This document shows, one piece after another, positions 35,770-47,175 of a stretch of 53,441 bases of DNA. Numbering within the stretch: the first letter of the stretch is position 1; each line of letters starts with the position of its first letter. Under the pieces are notes generated by a model, which did no database searches, had not been told where the DNA came from, and saw only the letters and a list, made by a program, of their open reading frames with translations. Both the position numbers and the translations under genes were made by a program. This DNA comes from Oscillospiraceae bacterium. GTDB lineage: Bacteria; Bacillota; Clostridia; Oscillospirales; Butyricicoccaceae. The DNA is taken from assembly GCA_045638565.1 (NCBI GenBank), contig JAZUBN010000021.1:1-53441 (forward strand). Reading direction: 5' to 3'.

Positions 35770-36831
35770 ATGAATATAAACCGCATTCCAACTCCGGCTC
35801 TTATCGTCGAACACGACATTTTCTATAAAAATCTCGAAACTATGAAGGGCATCTTTGCCGATAAAAAGGTGTCGCTCCGCCCTCATTACAAGTCTAATAA
35901 ATCGTCATTTATCGCCCATGAACAGATGAAATACGGCGCAAAGGGCATCACCTGCGCAAAATTAGGCGAAGCAATCGACCTTGCTGACAGCGGCATAAAG
36001 GACATTCTTATAGCAAATCAGATTGTGGAGGAAAGCAAGATAAACCGTGTAGCTCAGCTTGCTCTCGACTGTCATCTCACAGTCTGTGTCGATAATTCCG
36101 ACAATGTGAAGGCGCTTTCAAAGGCGGCTGTAAACGCAGGAAGCACCATCCACTGCTATGTTGAATACGATATCGGCATGGACAGATGCGGTGTTGTAAA
36201 TCAGGATGATGTTGTGGCTCTCGCTCGTGAAATCGAAGCGCTCGATGGTCTTACCTTCGATGGAATTCAAGCCTATGCAGGACATATTTCCCATGTTGTA
36301 GGCAAGGATGAACGCCTTGATATGACAAGCGACAATTCAGCTAAACTCCGTCAGCTTCTCGCAAAGCTTGAAGAGGCAGGCATTCCTGCCCGTGAGCTTT
36401 CGGGCGGCAGCACAGGCACATCGCTTATCAAGGCTGAGGAAGGCTTATATACAGAAATCCAGGCGGGCAGCTATATTTTCATGGATGCCACATATCGTGA
36501 CCTTGCCCTTCCGTTTGAAAATTCCCTCTTTATTCTCGCAACTGTTGTAAGCACAAGAGGGGGCGTTACAGTCCTCGATGCCGGCGTAAAATCCTGCGGA
36601 ATGGACCAGGGAAACCCTGTTTTAGTCGGTATGAATGCCGAAAAAATCGAAGCAAATGAAGAGCATATCAAGCTTTTCGGTCTTGATACCGAGCTGAAAA
36701 TCGGTGATAAAGTCCGTCTTATCCCGGGGCATTGCTGCTCGACAGTAAATCTTTACGATAAAATCTATATGGTTAAAAATGATGAAGTTGTCGATAGGAT
36801 TATTGTTACAGCAAGAGGAAAAAGCAGATAA
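35770..36831 (+). CDS. DSD1-family PLP enzyme (D-serine dehydratase / D-threonine aldolase-like, alanine racemase N-terminal fold)
   Basis: 353 aa from ATG 35770 (RBS AGGAGG). IPTPALIV... and PLP-lysine context LRPHYKSNK. Confidence 0.65.
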   Translation: MNINRIPTPALIVEHDIFYKNLETMKGIFADKKVSLRPHYKSNKSSFIAHEQMKYGAKGITCAKLGEAIDLADSGIKDILIANQIVEESKINRVAQLALDCHLTVCVDNSDNVKALSKAAVNAGSTIHCYVEYDIGMDRCGVVNQDDVVALAREIEALDGLTFDGIQAYAGHISHVVGKDERLDMTSDNSAKLRQLLAKLEEAGIPARELSGGSTGTSLIKAEEGLYTEIQAGSYIFMDATYRDLALPFENSLFILATVVSTRGGVTVLDAGVKSCGMDQGNPVLVGMNAEKIEANEEHIKLFGLDTELKIGDKVRLIPGHCCSTVNLYDKIYMVKNDEVVDRIIVTARGKSR

Positions 36832-36846
36832 GATATAAACTCCATA

Positions 36847-36875
36847 TTGCAATTTTTTGCTTGCTATGATATAAT
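36847..36875 (+). promoter_or_regulatory. candidate promoter (TTGCAA-17-TATAAT with TG extended -10)
   Basis: TTGCAA at 36847-36852, TGaTATAAT ending at 36875. Confidence 0.55.
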
Positions 36876-36918
36876 CATAAAGTTAGTGAAAAAATCAAAA
36901 GCAATATAGAGGTATAGA

Positions 36919-37182
36919 ATGAAATACGTATATAACACAACAGGTACATGTACAAAGCAGTTTGGAATTGAAATTGAAAATAACCGCCTTGTCCATCTTG
37001 AATCTGCAGGCGGCTGCCCTGGCAACCTTATCGGTATGGCAGCTCTCGTACAGGATATGGAAATCGATGAAATCATCAAGCGTCTTGAAGGTATTTCTTG
37101 CGCAGGTCGTCCTACATCCTGCCCTGACCAGCTTGCTCAGGCTCTCAAGCAGATTAAGGAACTTGAATCCAATCAGTTGTAA
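36919..37182 (+). CDS. TSCPD domain protein (TIGR03905-like)
   Basis: 87 aa. GGCPGNL and the literal TSCPD motif (RPTSCPDQLA). Confidence 0.8.
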   Translation: MKYVYNTTGTCTKQFGIEIENNRLVHLESAGGCPGNLIGMAALVQDMEIDEIIKRLEGISCAGRPTSCPDQLAQALKQIKELESNQL

Positions 37183-37187
37183 AAAAT

Positions 37188-37220
37188 AAAGCGGGGCATT
37201 ATGCTCCGCTTTTTGGTTTT
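37188..37220 (+). terminator. rho-independent terminator
   Basis: AGCGGGGCA-tta-TGCTCCGCT followed by TTTTGGTTTT. Confidence 0.8.
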
Positions 37221-37359
37221 GTACAGGATAAAGGACAATAAAACGAAGGCAGATCGTAAAACCGATTAAAAATACACATAAATGTCACACAACTGCCATA
37301 ATTTTGATATATAATTATTCGTGATAAATCAACAATATATAAGAAAGGTCAGATGAACA

Positions 37360-39024
37360 ATGTCATTATTCAAAGGCAAAAACGACAAGTCATCGTCCGA
37401 TATGGACAAAAATGCAAAAAACAAGGTGAAGAAAAAGCACCTTTTATCGGCTGTGGCCATAATCCTTGCCGTTGCTGTCGCAGGTGTGGCTGCTTTGCAG
37501 TTTACAAAGATATCAAGGGAAAAGGAAAGGGCGAATGCAGCTCAGTACAATGATGTGACTGTGGAAAAACGTGACCTTACAGCCACAATAAGCGGCACAG
37601 GTACAATTCAGCCTGCCAATTCCTATACAGTAACAAGCCTTGTGCAGGGCGAGATTCTGTCGGCTGACTTTGACGAGGGCGACATTGTCTATGAGGATAC
37701 TGTGCTGTATACAGTCGACTCCTCCGATGCATCGGCAACTCTCGAAAGAGCGCAGATTTCGCTTAATCAGGCTCAGCGAAGCTATGAAAACACTCTTGAA
37801 AATATAGAAAATCTTGAAATAAAGGCAGAAAATTCGGGCATTATCACAGAAATGATGGTTGAAGCCGGAGATAATATCACTGCAGGACAGACTATTGCCA
37901 GATTCCGTGACAGTGGCACTATGACATTGAAGATTCCGTTTTCCTCCGATGATGCCATGAATATTCATGTTGGCGATATGGCAACAGTCACTCTCGACAG
38001 CTCTTTTGAAACCCTTTACGGCACCGTGACAAAGGTTTCGGGCGTGGATGATATATCCCCATCCAATATGATGACACGAAATGTCACAATCGAAGTGGCA
38101 AATCCTGGTGCGCTCGGCACAAATCAGGCGGCTACAGCCATGGTAAATGGCTATGCCTGTGCTTCTGCAGGCACATTCAGCTATCGTAAGGAAGGTACTA
38201 TCGTTTCGAAGGCTATGGGAAAGGTTGCCGCAGTCCACGTTGATGAAGGCGGCGAGATTTATGACGGTAAAGTGATCGTAAGCCTTGATTCGGATGATAT
38301 CGACGATCAGATTGCAGCGGCGAGGGACAATCTCCGCAATGCCGAACTTTCCTATGAAAGCCAGATGGACATCCTCGATAACTACACTATCACATCCCCT
38401 ATCGAAGGTACTGTAATTGAAAAATACTTTGAAACAGGGGAAAATATTTCACAGACTTCCGGTCCGCTCTGCGTAATCTATGACCTTTCATATTTTGAAA
38501 TCATCCTCAATATCGACGAGCTTGATATCGGAAAGGTCAAGGAAGGGCAGAAGGTCAGAATCACAGCCGATGCAGCGGGTGACAAGGAGTATGAAGGATA
38601 TATCACCAAGGTTTCCATTCAGGGTGCCACTGCAGGCGGTATCACAGTATATCCAGCCACAATCCGTATTGACAATACAGAAGGTCTGCTTCCGGGCATG
38701 AATGCCGATATTGAAATCGTTGTCGAAGACAGAGCAAACGCTCTCACAGTGCCGGTTGCCGCTGTTGATCGCAATGGTATGGTGCTTGTAAAGGGCGAAG
38801 GAACATCTCCGGAAGGCTTCACTGCTCCTGAAGGCTATTACTATGTGGAAGTTAAGACAGGTATGACAACAGAAGATTACATAGAAATCACGGAAGGTCT
38901 TAAGGAAGGCGATATAATCGGTGTTCAGCAGAGAACAGCATCCAATATGTTCGAAGCTATGGGCAATATCGCTTATAACAATATGTCTCAGGGTGAAAGA
39001 CCGCAAGGAGGAATGCCTCGATGA
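37360..39024 (+). CDS. HlyD/MacA-type periplasmic adaptor (membrane fusion) protein
   Basis: 554 aa. An N-terminal TM helix, a coiled-coil region, and beta-barrel/lipoyl-like segments. It sits directly 5' of the MacB-type ABC pair. Confidence 0.75.
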   Translation: MSLFKGKNDKSSSDMDKNAKNKVKKKHLLSAVAIILAVAVAGVAALQFTKISREKERANAAQYNDVTVEKRDLTATISGTGTIQPANSYTVTSLVQGEILSADFDEGDIVYEDTVLYTVDSSDASATLERAQISLNQAQRSYENTLENIENLEIKAENSGIITEMMVEAGDNITAGQTIARFRDSGTMTLKIPFSSDDAMNIHVGDMATVTLDSSFETLYGTVTKVSGVDDISPSNMMTRNVTIEVANPGALGTNQAATAMVNGYACASAGTFSYRKEGTIVSKAMGKVAAVHVDEGGEIYDGKVIVSLDSDDIDDQIAAARDNLRNAELSYESQMDILDNYTITSPIEGTVIEKYFETGENISQTSGPLCVIYDLSYFEIILNIDELDIGKVKEGQKVRITADAAGDKEYEGYITKVSIQGATAGGITVYPATIRIDNTEGLLPGMNADIEIVVEDRANALTVPVAAVDRNGMVLVKGEGTSPEGFTAPEGYYYVEVKTGMTTEDYIEITEGLKEGDIIGVQQRTASNMFEAMGNIAYNNMSQGERPQGGMPR

Positions 39025-39749
39025 TTCCTCTTATCGAGTTCAGGGATTTATATAAGCTCTACCCGATGGGTGATACAGTCGTCCACGCTGTCGATGGTAT
39101 CTCAATGAAGATTTACGAAGGCGAATTTGTCGCCATAGTCGGTCAGTCGGGCTCGGGTAAATCGACCTGTATGAATATAATCGGCTGTCTTGATGTGCCG
39201 ACTCACGGAAGCTATTACTTAGGCGGCGAGGATGTAAGCTCGATGAATGACAATCAGCTTGCCGAAATCCGCAACAAGATGATAGGCTTTATTTTCCAGC
39301 AGTATAATCTTCTGGCAAAGCTCAGCGTAGTTGAAAATGTGGAAGTCCCTATGCTCTATGCCGGACTTGGCAAGAGCGAAAGACGAAAGAGAGCTCTCGA
39401 TGTGCTTGAACGTGTGGGACTTTCCGATAAGATAAAAAATCTCCCTAAACAGCTTTCGGGCGGTCAGCAGCAGCGAGTATCCATAGCAAGAGCTCTGGCC
39501 GGCAGACCTAAGCTTCTTCTCTGCGATGAGCCGACAGGTGCTCTCGATTCCAGAACAGGTAAGGAAGTGCTTGAGCTTCTGCAGGAGATTCACAAGGAGG
39601 GCAATACCGTCGTCCTTATCACTCATGACAATGCAATAGCCGCTCAGGCCCAGCGAATAATAAGACTTGAAGACGGAAAGATTGTATATGACGGCCCTGC
39701 AAAGGGCGCACCGAAACAGGTTTCCGTCGGGGACGGAGGTGAGGGATAA
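39021..39749 (+). CDS. ABC transporter ATP-binding protein (MacB/LolD type)
   Basis: Walker A GQSGSGKST, signature LSGGQQQRVSIARAL, Walker B LLLCDEPTGALD. The start overlaps the upstream stop. Confidence 0.92.
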   Translation: MIPLIEFRDLYKLYPMGDTVVHAVDGISMKIYEGEFVAIVGQSGSGKSTCMNIIGCLDVPTHGSYYLGGEDVSSMNDNQLAEIRNKMIGFIFQQYNLLAKLSVVENVEVPMLYAGLGKSERRKRALDVLERVGLSDKIKNLPKQLSGGQQQRVSIARALAGRPKLLLCDEPTGALDSRTGKEVLELLQEIHKEGNTVVLITHDNAIAAQAQRIIRLEDGKIVYDGPAKGAPKQVSVGDGGEG

Positions 39750-40940
39750 ATGTCATTACGTCAGTCCTTTATGATGGCGATTAAAAACATAATGGCCAGC
39801 AAAGTCCGCTCACTTCTCACAATGCTTGGTATTATTATCGGCGTTGCCGCTGTTATTATAATTACAGGCCTGGGCAACGGCATGGAAACCTATATGGAAG
39901 ATTCCTTCAAAAGTATGGGTACAAATCTGCTGACAGTACAGATTATGGGCAGAGGTTCTTCACGAAGCGCAAGTGTTGAAGATATGTATCAGCTTGTAAG
40001 GGATAATCCTGAGTATCTCGATGCCCTTTCTCCGACAGTCACATACAGAGGCGGTGTCAAAGTGGGCACAGAAAGCCTTTCGTCTTCGGTGACAGGTGTT
40101 TCGGAAGATTATTTCTATATGAAAAACTATGAAATTGCTCAGGGGCGTGACCTTTCCTATATTGATATGGAAAACCGCAGCAAAGTCTGCATTGTGGGCA
40201 ATTACATATCCAAGGAGTTTTATAATAATCGCCCTGTAGGGCAGGAGATAAAAATCGGCGGAAATACCTTCACAATTATCGGTGTTATGGCTGAAGAACT
40301 GGACTCCACAAAAGGCTCGACAGACGATGCCGTATTTATCCCTTATTCCACAGCGGCGCGTCTCAGCCAGATGGGCAATATAAACTCATATAATTTCGCC
40401 GTTGTCTCGGAGCAGACAATTCCGCAGAGCAAGGCGATAATCGAAGAAAAGCTTGAAAAAATCTATGGCTCAGACAGCGCATTTCTTGTCATCAGCCTTT
40501 CGGAAATCCTCGATGTGATGACCGAAATGATAGATATTATGGTTACAGTCCTTGCAGGTATTGCGGCAATATCCCTTGTTGTCGGCGGTATTGGCATTAT
40601 GAATATTATGCTTGTTTCTGTAACAGAGCGAACACGCGAAATCGGTATCCGCAAGGCGCTTGGCGCAAAGCAGAGCAATATTATGAGTCAGTTTGTCATA
40701 GAAGCGGCAACAACATCTGCTCTCGGCGGTGTGCTTGGCATCGGTATGGGATATGCTTCTTCAAGAGTGATTTCGGTAATAATCGGTATGACTCTCGAAG
40801 TCGATATGAAGGTTATTCCGACAATCGGCTCTGTTATGCTGGCATTCGGCATTTCTGTGGGCATCGGTATCCTTTTTGGCTATCTGCCTGCAAAGAAGGC
40901 GGCACGACTCAATCCTATCGATGCATTGAGATATGAATAA
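39750..40940 (+). CDS. ABC transporter permease (FtsX/MacB family)
   Basis: 396 aa. N-terminal TM helix, a large extracytoplasmic domain, and C-terminal FtsX region ERTREIGIRKALGA. Confidence 0.88.
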   Translation: MSLRQSFMMAIKNIMASKVRSLLTMLGIIIGVAAVIIITGLGNGMETYMEDSFKSMGTNLLTVQIMGRGSSRSASVEDMYQLVRDNPEYLDALSPTVTYRGGVKVGTESLSSSVTGVSEDYFYMKNYEIAQGRDLSYIDMENRSKVCIVGNYISKEFYNNRPVGQEIKIGGNTFTIIGVMAEELDSTKGSTDDAVFIPYSTAARLSQMGNINSYNFAVVSEQTIPQSKAIIEEKLEKIYGSDSAFLVISLSEILDVMTEMIDIMVTVLAGIAAISLVVGGIGIMNIMLVSVTERTREIGIRKALGAKQSNIMSQFVIEAATTSALGGVLGIGMGYASSRVISVIIGMTLEVDMKVIPTIGSVMLAFGISVGIGILFGYLPAKKAARLNPIDALRYE

Positions 40941-40955
40941 ACTTAATCGCTCCTC

Positions 40956-41003
40956 GCCTCCCTATGATGAGGGAGGGGGGCCGCACTGCGGTGGAGGGAG
41001 AGA
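40956..41003 (+). repeat. family-A repeat, copy A7 (CCTCCCT subtype)
   Basis: GCCTCCCT-atgatg-AGGGAGG, CCGC-act-GCGG, tail GGAGGGAGAG. It begins 15 nt after the permease stop. Confidence 0.8.
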
Positions 41004-41056
41004 TAGTATCCCTTTAATATACTCCAAAATTTATCACTAAACCGGAGGAAATATAA

Positions 41057-42916
41057 ATGAAAAGATTTATATCGGCTTTGCTGATATTCGGCATGATTTT
41101 CGGTCTTGTGCCGGTAATCGCAAATGCAGCAGCCACCAATTATACATCGGCTTATCAGACTGTCAAGGCGACAGGCATTATGGTGGGCGATGAAAATGGC
41201 AATATGAATCTTGGCAATAACGTGACACGCGCCGAGTTTGCCAAGATGATGGTTGCCGCAAGTATTTATAAGGACACCATCGGTGAAGGCAGCAATATCT
41301 CGCCTTTCAAGGATGTAAAATACACTCACTGGGCATCCGAATATATCAGGACAGCCGCAAATGCAGGCTGGTTTATCGGCTTCACAGACGGCACATTCCG
41401 TCCTAATAACAACATCACAATCGAGGAAGCGGCAACCGCTTCAATCCGTCTTCTGGGATATACAGCAAGCGATTTGTCTGGCTCTTTCCCATATGCACAG
41501 CTTGCAAAGTTCTCTGCTCTCGGTCTCAAGGACGGCATAAACAAGGAACGCGGTCAGCTTATAACACGAGAAGACTGTATGTACCTTTTCTATAATCTCC
41601 TCACAGCTCAGACAAAGAGTGGTCAGGTTTATGGAATGACACTTGGTTATTCCCTCAATGCCTCGGGCGAAGTGGATTACAGCGCTCTTGTGAAAAAGAA
41701 TATGAAGGGCCCATATGTAACAGAAAATGCAAACCTCAGCCTTCCTTTCACAGGCAATATGGAGGTATACCGCAACGGCAAGGCGGCAGCACTTAACGAA
41801 ATCATGCCTTATGATGTCTATTACTACAACAGCGGTATGCGTACTGTGTGGGCATTTTCCAATAAGGTGACAGGCACATTTACAAATGCCGCACCAAGCA
41901 AGACAAATCCATCTTCCGTCACAGTTGCAGGCACAAATTACTCTCTCGGCACAAGCTCTGCCGCATATAAGCTTTCCACAATGGGCGAGTTTACATACGG
42001 CGATACAGTGACGCTCCTTCTCGGTATGGATGGCTCTGTCGTCGATGTGGTTGCGCCTGACAAGCTCAACGCAACAGAATACGGCGTTGTTGTTGCGACA
42101 GGCACATCCAGTTATACTGACAATCTCGGTCTTACACAGACATCAAAGACAGCAACAGTAATCTGCGCTGACGGCATTGAAAGAACATATAATGTCACAA
42201 GCACTTACGAAGTGGGCGACCTGCTCAAGGCGGTTTACACCAACGGCAAGCTGACAGTTTCCAAAACATCCGACAAGGGTATTTCGGGCAAGGTCAATGA
42301 TACAGCCACAAAAATCGGCAATTATGCCCTTGCTGACGATGTGCAGATGATAGATGTGACAAGTCAGGGCACATATACTGTCGTTTATCCTCAGCGCCTC
42401 AGGGGAGCAAGCTTCACATCCTCCGCTTTCAGATATTATGAGCTTGACGAAAATGATAAGATAACAAAAATCATCTTCGATGATGTAACAGGCGATGCGT
42501 ATTCCTACGGCATTGTGACTAATGCTGTCGAAATCAGCATGAATATGACACTCAATTCCACATATCAGTACATTATCGGCGGCAGACAGGGCGTTTTCCA
42601 GTCGAGCAATTCTGTTCTCGGCGCAGAGACAGGTCCTGCAAGATTTGCTGTCAAGAATGGCGCTGTGACACAGATTAAGAACCTTAAGCAGATTTCCATT
42701 TCCTCGCTTGAAGGTACAAAGGCTGTCGGTAATGGCGAAAGCTACGAAATCTGGGGCGATGTTCAGGTTTATGTCTATAGTGACAAGACATATTCTCAGA
42801 CAAATATGGCGGCTGTCCTCGGTAACGATGACTATACAGTCCGCGGCTATGTGGACGATTTCGGTCCATCCCTCGGCAAGCTCGTAAGAGTAATTATAGC
42901 AGAACCAAAGAAGTAA
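41057..42916 (+). CDS. S-layer homology (SLH) domain cell-wall protein
   Basis: 619 aa with a signal peptide. SLH-type repeats (...FKDVKYTHWASEYIRTAANAGWFIGFTDGTFRPNNNITIEEAA...). The C-terminal ~400 aa are unassigned. Confidence 0.78.
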   Translation: MKRFISALLIFGMIFGLVPVIANAAATNYTSAYQTVKATGIMVGDENGNMNLGNNVTRAEFAKMMVAASIYKDTIGEGSNISPFKDVKYTHWASEYIRTAANAGWFIGFTDGTFRPNNNITIEEAATASIRLLGYTASDLSGSFPYAQLAKFSALGLKDGINKERGQLITREDCMYLFYNLLTAQTKSGQVYGMTLGYSLNASGEVDYSALVKKNMKGPYVTENANLSLPFTGNMEVYRNGKAAALNEIMPYDVYYYNSGMRTVWAFSNKVTGTFTNAAPSKTNPSSVTVAGTNYSLGTSSAAYKLSTMGEFTYGDTVTLLLGMDGSVVDVVAPDKLNATEYGVVVATGTSSYTDNLGLTQTSKTATVICADGIERTYNVTSTYEVGDLLKAVYTNGKLTVSKTSDKGISGKVNDTATKIGNYALADDVQMIDVTSQGTYTVVYPQRLRGASFTSSAFRYYELDENDKITKIIFDDVTGDAYSYGIVTNAVEISMNMTLNSTYQYIIGGRQGVFQSSNSVLGAETGPARFAVKNGAVTQIKNLKQISISSLEGTKAVGNGESYEIWGDVQVYVYSDKTYSQTNMAAVLGNDDYTVRGYVDDFGPSLGKLVRVIIAEPKK

Positions 42917-42921
42917 AGTAA

Positions 42922-42950
42922 AAAAGACCATCCGAAATGGATGGTCTTTT
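42922..42950. terminator. bidirectional terminator between convergent genes
   Basis: AAAAGACCATCC-gaaa-TGGATGGTCTTTT. Confidence 0.8.
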
Positions 42951-42960
42951 AATTTTATAT

Positions 42961-42988
42961 TGTAGGGGCGACCATTGGTCGTCCGCGG
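42961..42988 (+). repeat. family-B REP-like element
   Basis: TGTAGGGGCGACCA-tt-GGTCGTCCGCGG. Confidence 0.8.
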
Positions 42989-43004
42989 GAGATTCGTGAG
43001 TATG

Positions 43005-43769
43005 TTAGATTCTGCCGACAGGAGCAAGATATACAACGAATTCTTCTTCGCCGTCGATTTCACAGATAGCGTCAACCTTCTGCTGATCGTAAGCGGCGAT
43101 GCCGCAAGTGCCGCAGCCGATAGCTTCACAAGCGAGGTAGAGATTCTGGCAGACATGACCAACATCAATAAGAACAACCTTCTGTGCGTGTGTTGGGTAT
43201 CTCCATTCGGAGCGGTACATAACTGCGCTCCAGAAGAATGTAACAGCACAGCGGCCTACGAAAATCTGCTTGTTTGCAGATGCGCCGATAACATCTTCCA
43301 TATCGTCGCCGTATTCTCTTACGAGAAGAAGCTTGTGTTCTTCTGGGAGATAGCGGTATACAGCGCGCTTGAGACCTTCAACATTCATACAAGCGAGATA
43401 TGTTTCAAATGGATGACGTGCGCCTGCAGATGGAACAGTACGGAGTGTAGCTGTCTTGCCAGGGCGGTAATCACGGATGCCCTGTGTATTGAAAAGGAGG
43501 TAAGAAAGCTCTTCAAGAGTGATGCTTTCCTTCTTGAAAAGTCTGTTGGACTTTCTTTCAACGAAAGCACGTGTGAGATCATTGTGCTTGAGAGCGCACT
43601 TTTCAGGAGCAGGAAGGTCAACGATTTCGCCGTTTGGGTCGTAAGGCTTTACAAGTGGTGGCTGTGGCTTGCCGAGAGACTGGTCGGATTTAACATGGTC
43701 TGTCCAGTCGTGGTCCTTGAGATAATAACGCAGTTCCTTAGGGTCGAGTTCTCTTAATTGTTCCTTCAT
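43005..43769 (-). CDS. SagB/ThcOx-type nitroreductase-family dehydrogenase
   Basis: 254 aa from ATG 43769 (RBS AAGAGG). ...RKSNRLF...RTVPSAGARHPFETY... is typical of SagB-type proteins. Confidence 0.72.
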   Translation of the reverse strand: MKEQLRELDPKELRYYLKDHDWTDHVKSDQSLGKPQPPLVKPYDPNGEIVDLPAPEKCALKHNDLTRAFVERKSNRLFKKESITLEELSYLLFNTQGIRDYRPGKTATLRTVPSAGARHPFETYLACMNVEGLKRAVYRYLPEEHKLLLVREYGDDMEDVIGASANKQIFVGRCAVTFFWSAVMYRSEWRYPTHAQKVVLIDVGHVCQNLYLACEAIGCGTCGIAAYDQQKVDAICEIDGEEEFVVYLAPVGRI

Positions 43770-43874
43770 TGTGAGTACCTCTTTCTTTAGTTTTTGTTTA
43801 TAATATAATATTATAACATAATGGCGCAAAATACAAGAGGAAAATTGAGAAAATGGATTACTGTTGCCATAAAA

Positions 43875-43905
43875 TGTAGGGTACGGCGCCCTCGATGTGC
43901 CGCAG
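43875..43905 (+). repeat. family-B REP-like element
   Basis: TGTAGGGTAC-ggcgccctcgat-GTGCCGCAG. The stem contains a T:G position. It lies in a minus-only transcribed spacer. Confidence 0.75.
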
Positions 43906-43928
43906 CTATTTATTAATTTTTAGCTATA

Positions 43929-43957
43929 ACAAAAAGGACGGTATTTCTACCGTCCTT
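43929..43957 (-). terminator. terminator after the guaB-HAD operon
   Basis: On the minus strand this reads AAGGACGGTA-gaaa-TACCGTCCTTTTTG. Confidence 0.8.
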
Positions 43958-43961
43958 AATT

Positions 43962-44614
43962 TTATTTAAGAATAAAATCTTTAAGCTCACCTGCATCTTT
44001 TGCAAGGATAACGTGAGGATAAGCCTCAAGCTCTTCCTTACTGCCGTAGCCGTAAAGCACGCCTGCGCAGTCGAGACCAAGAAGCTCGGCCGCTTCCATA
44101 TCGTGATGCTTGTCACCAACCATAAGGATTTTTGAAATATCCTTTTCCTCGATATTTTCAAGCACATAACGCATAACAGCCACCTTGCTGTTGCGCTCTT
44201 CGCCGACAGATGCGCCGCCCGCAAATGTGAAATATTCGGAAATGCCGAAATGCTTGATTATATCGTGGGCAAAATGCTCAGGCTTGCTTGTGCAAAGGCA
44301 GATTTTAATGCCATTTTCGTGCATAGTCTTGAGCAAATCTTCGATGCCGTCGTAAAGACGGTTTTCAAACTTGCCGATGCGGTCATATCGTTCTCTGTAG
44401 AGGGCGACAGCCTTGTGGGAAGTTTCTTCATCGAAGCCGAAAGTTTCGCGGCAGGACCAGAGCAGAGGAGGACCGATTATGCCGCTGAAAAGCTCTTCAT
44501 CCCAGACTTTGCCAGGGAAAAGAGTTTCAAGAGCATAGTCAAAGCATTTTCTTATGCCGATGCCCGATTCTGTCAGTGTGCCGTCGAGATCAAATAAAAC
44601 AGTTGAATATTTCA

Positions 44615-44615
<1 letters not shown>
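43962..44615 (-). CDS. HAD-family hydrolase (phosphoglycolate phosphatase-like)
   Basis: 217 aa. Motif I VLFDLDGTL and motif IV MVGDKHHD. The start overlaps the guaB stop (TAATG). Confidence 0.8.
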
Positions 44616-46099
<1,484 letters not shown>

Positions 46100-46127
46100 T
46101 TAGTTTATTTGACTTATTATTCCCATA

Positions 46128-46156
46128 AATATAGCACAATTTAAACTTAATGTCAA
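46128..46156 (-). promoter_or_regulatory. candidate guaB promoter (TTGACA-17-TATATT, TG extended -10)
   Basis: The reverse complement shows TTGACA (46156-46151), a 17-nt spacer ending in TGc, and TATATT (46133-46128). Confidence 0.55.
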
Positions 46157-46223
46157 CAAAAAATCACAAAATTTTCCGATGAAATAGCTGTAAAAATATG
46201 CTATAATATTAGTATGATACTGA

Positions 46224-46278
46224 AGCCTTTCCCCATAGGGGAAGGGGGACCACCTCTGGTGGTGGATGAGGCGTAATC
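46224..46278 (+). repeat. family-A repeat, copy A8
   Basis: AGCCTTTCCCC-ata-GGGGAAGG, ACCACC-tct-GGTGGT, tail GGATGAGGCG. It lies in the divergent guaB/ogg spacer. Confidence 0.8.
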
Positions 46279-46359
46279 ATTCTTAAAATTGTATGTCATT
46301 CTGAACGAATGTGAAGAATCTCATACGCTTACTTATAACTTAACTTACACGAGGTGCTT

Positions 46360-47175
46360 ATGAAGATTATTGAGCATAAAAATTACATAGAAATAAAGGA
46401 TATCGAGCGTTTTGCCCCGAAACACACATTCGAATGCGGTCAGTGTTTCCGCTGGTTTGAAAAGGACGGAAAGTTTGAAGGGGTTGCCATGGGGAAGAAG
46501 CTGACCGTCTGGGCAGATGAAAATGCCCTGTATATGACATCGACACAAGCCGAGTTTGAAAGCATCTGGCGAAAGTATTTCGACCTTGACCGAAGCTATG
46601 AAAATATTGCAAAAGCTTTCAATGGCGATGAGTTTTTCGAAAAGGCTGTCGAATACGGCCTCGGCCTTCGCCTTCTGAAGCAGGACCCTTGGGAGGCCTT
46701 GTGCTCCTTTATCATTTCCCAGTGCAACAATATTTCACGCATACAGAAAATCGTTGCCACCTTATGCGAAAACTTTGGCGAGAAAATCGAGGGGGGATAT
46801 GCCTTCCCGACTGCCGAAAGAATAGCTCAGCTCGAGCTTTCTGACCTTGATATTCTGCGCAGCGGATACCGTGCAAAATATATCCTGAATGCGGCAAAAG
46901 CCGTTGCAAACGGGGAGATTTCTTTTGAAAAGCTGGAATCCATGCCGACAGATGAGGCACGTAAATACATAATGAGCCTTAATGGCGTGGGCAGAAAGGT
47001 CGCCGACTGCTTCCTGCTTTTCGGTATGGCAAAGTATGACGCTTTCCCTGTGGACACATGGATGAAAAAGGCGAAAGACCACTACGATATCAAAAATTAC
47101 GGCGCACACTTCGGCGAATTCGCCGGCATCGCACAGCAGTATATCTTCTATTACGCACGAAGCCAGAAAATATAA
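46360..47175 (+). CDS. ogg: HhH-GPD DNA glycosylase, Ogg-type (8-oxoguanine DNA glycosylase/lyase)
   Basis: 271 aa. HhH-GPD region LNGVGRKVADCFLLFG...FPVDTW with a lysine in the hairpin. The N-terminal OGG_N-like FECGQCFRW is present. Confidence 0.7.
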   Translation: MKIIEHKNYIEIKDIERFAPKHTFECGQCFRWFEKDGKFEGVAMGKKLTVWADENALYMTSTQAEFESIWRKYFDLDRSYENIAKAFNGDEFFEKAVEYGLGLRLLKQDPWEALCSFIISQCNNISRIQKIVATLCENFGEKIEGGYAFPTAERIAQLELSDLDILRSGYRAKYILNAAKAVANGEISFEKLESMPTDEARKYIMSLNGVGRKVADCFLLFGMAKYDAFPVDTWMKKAKDHYDIKNYGAHFGEFAGIAQQYIFYYARSQKI

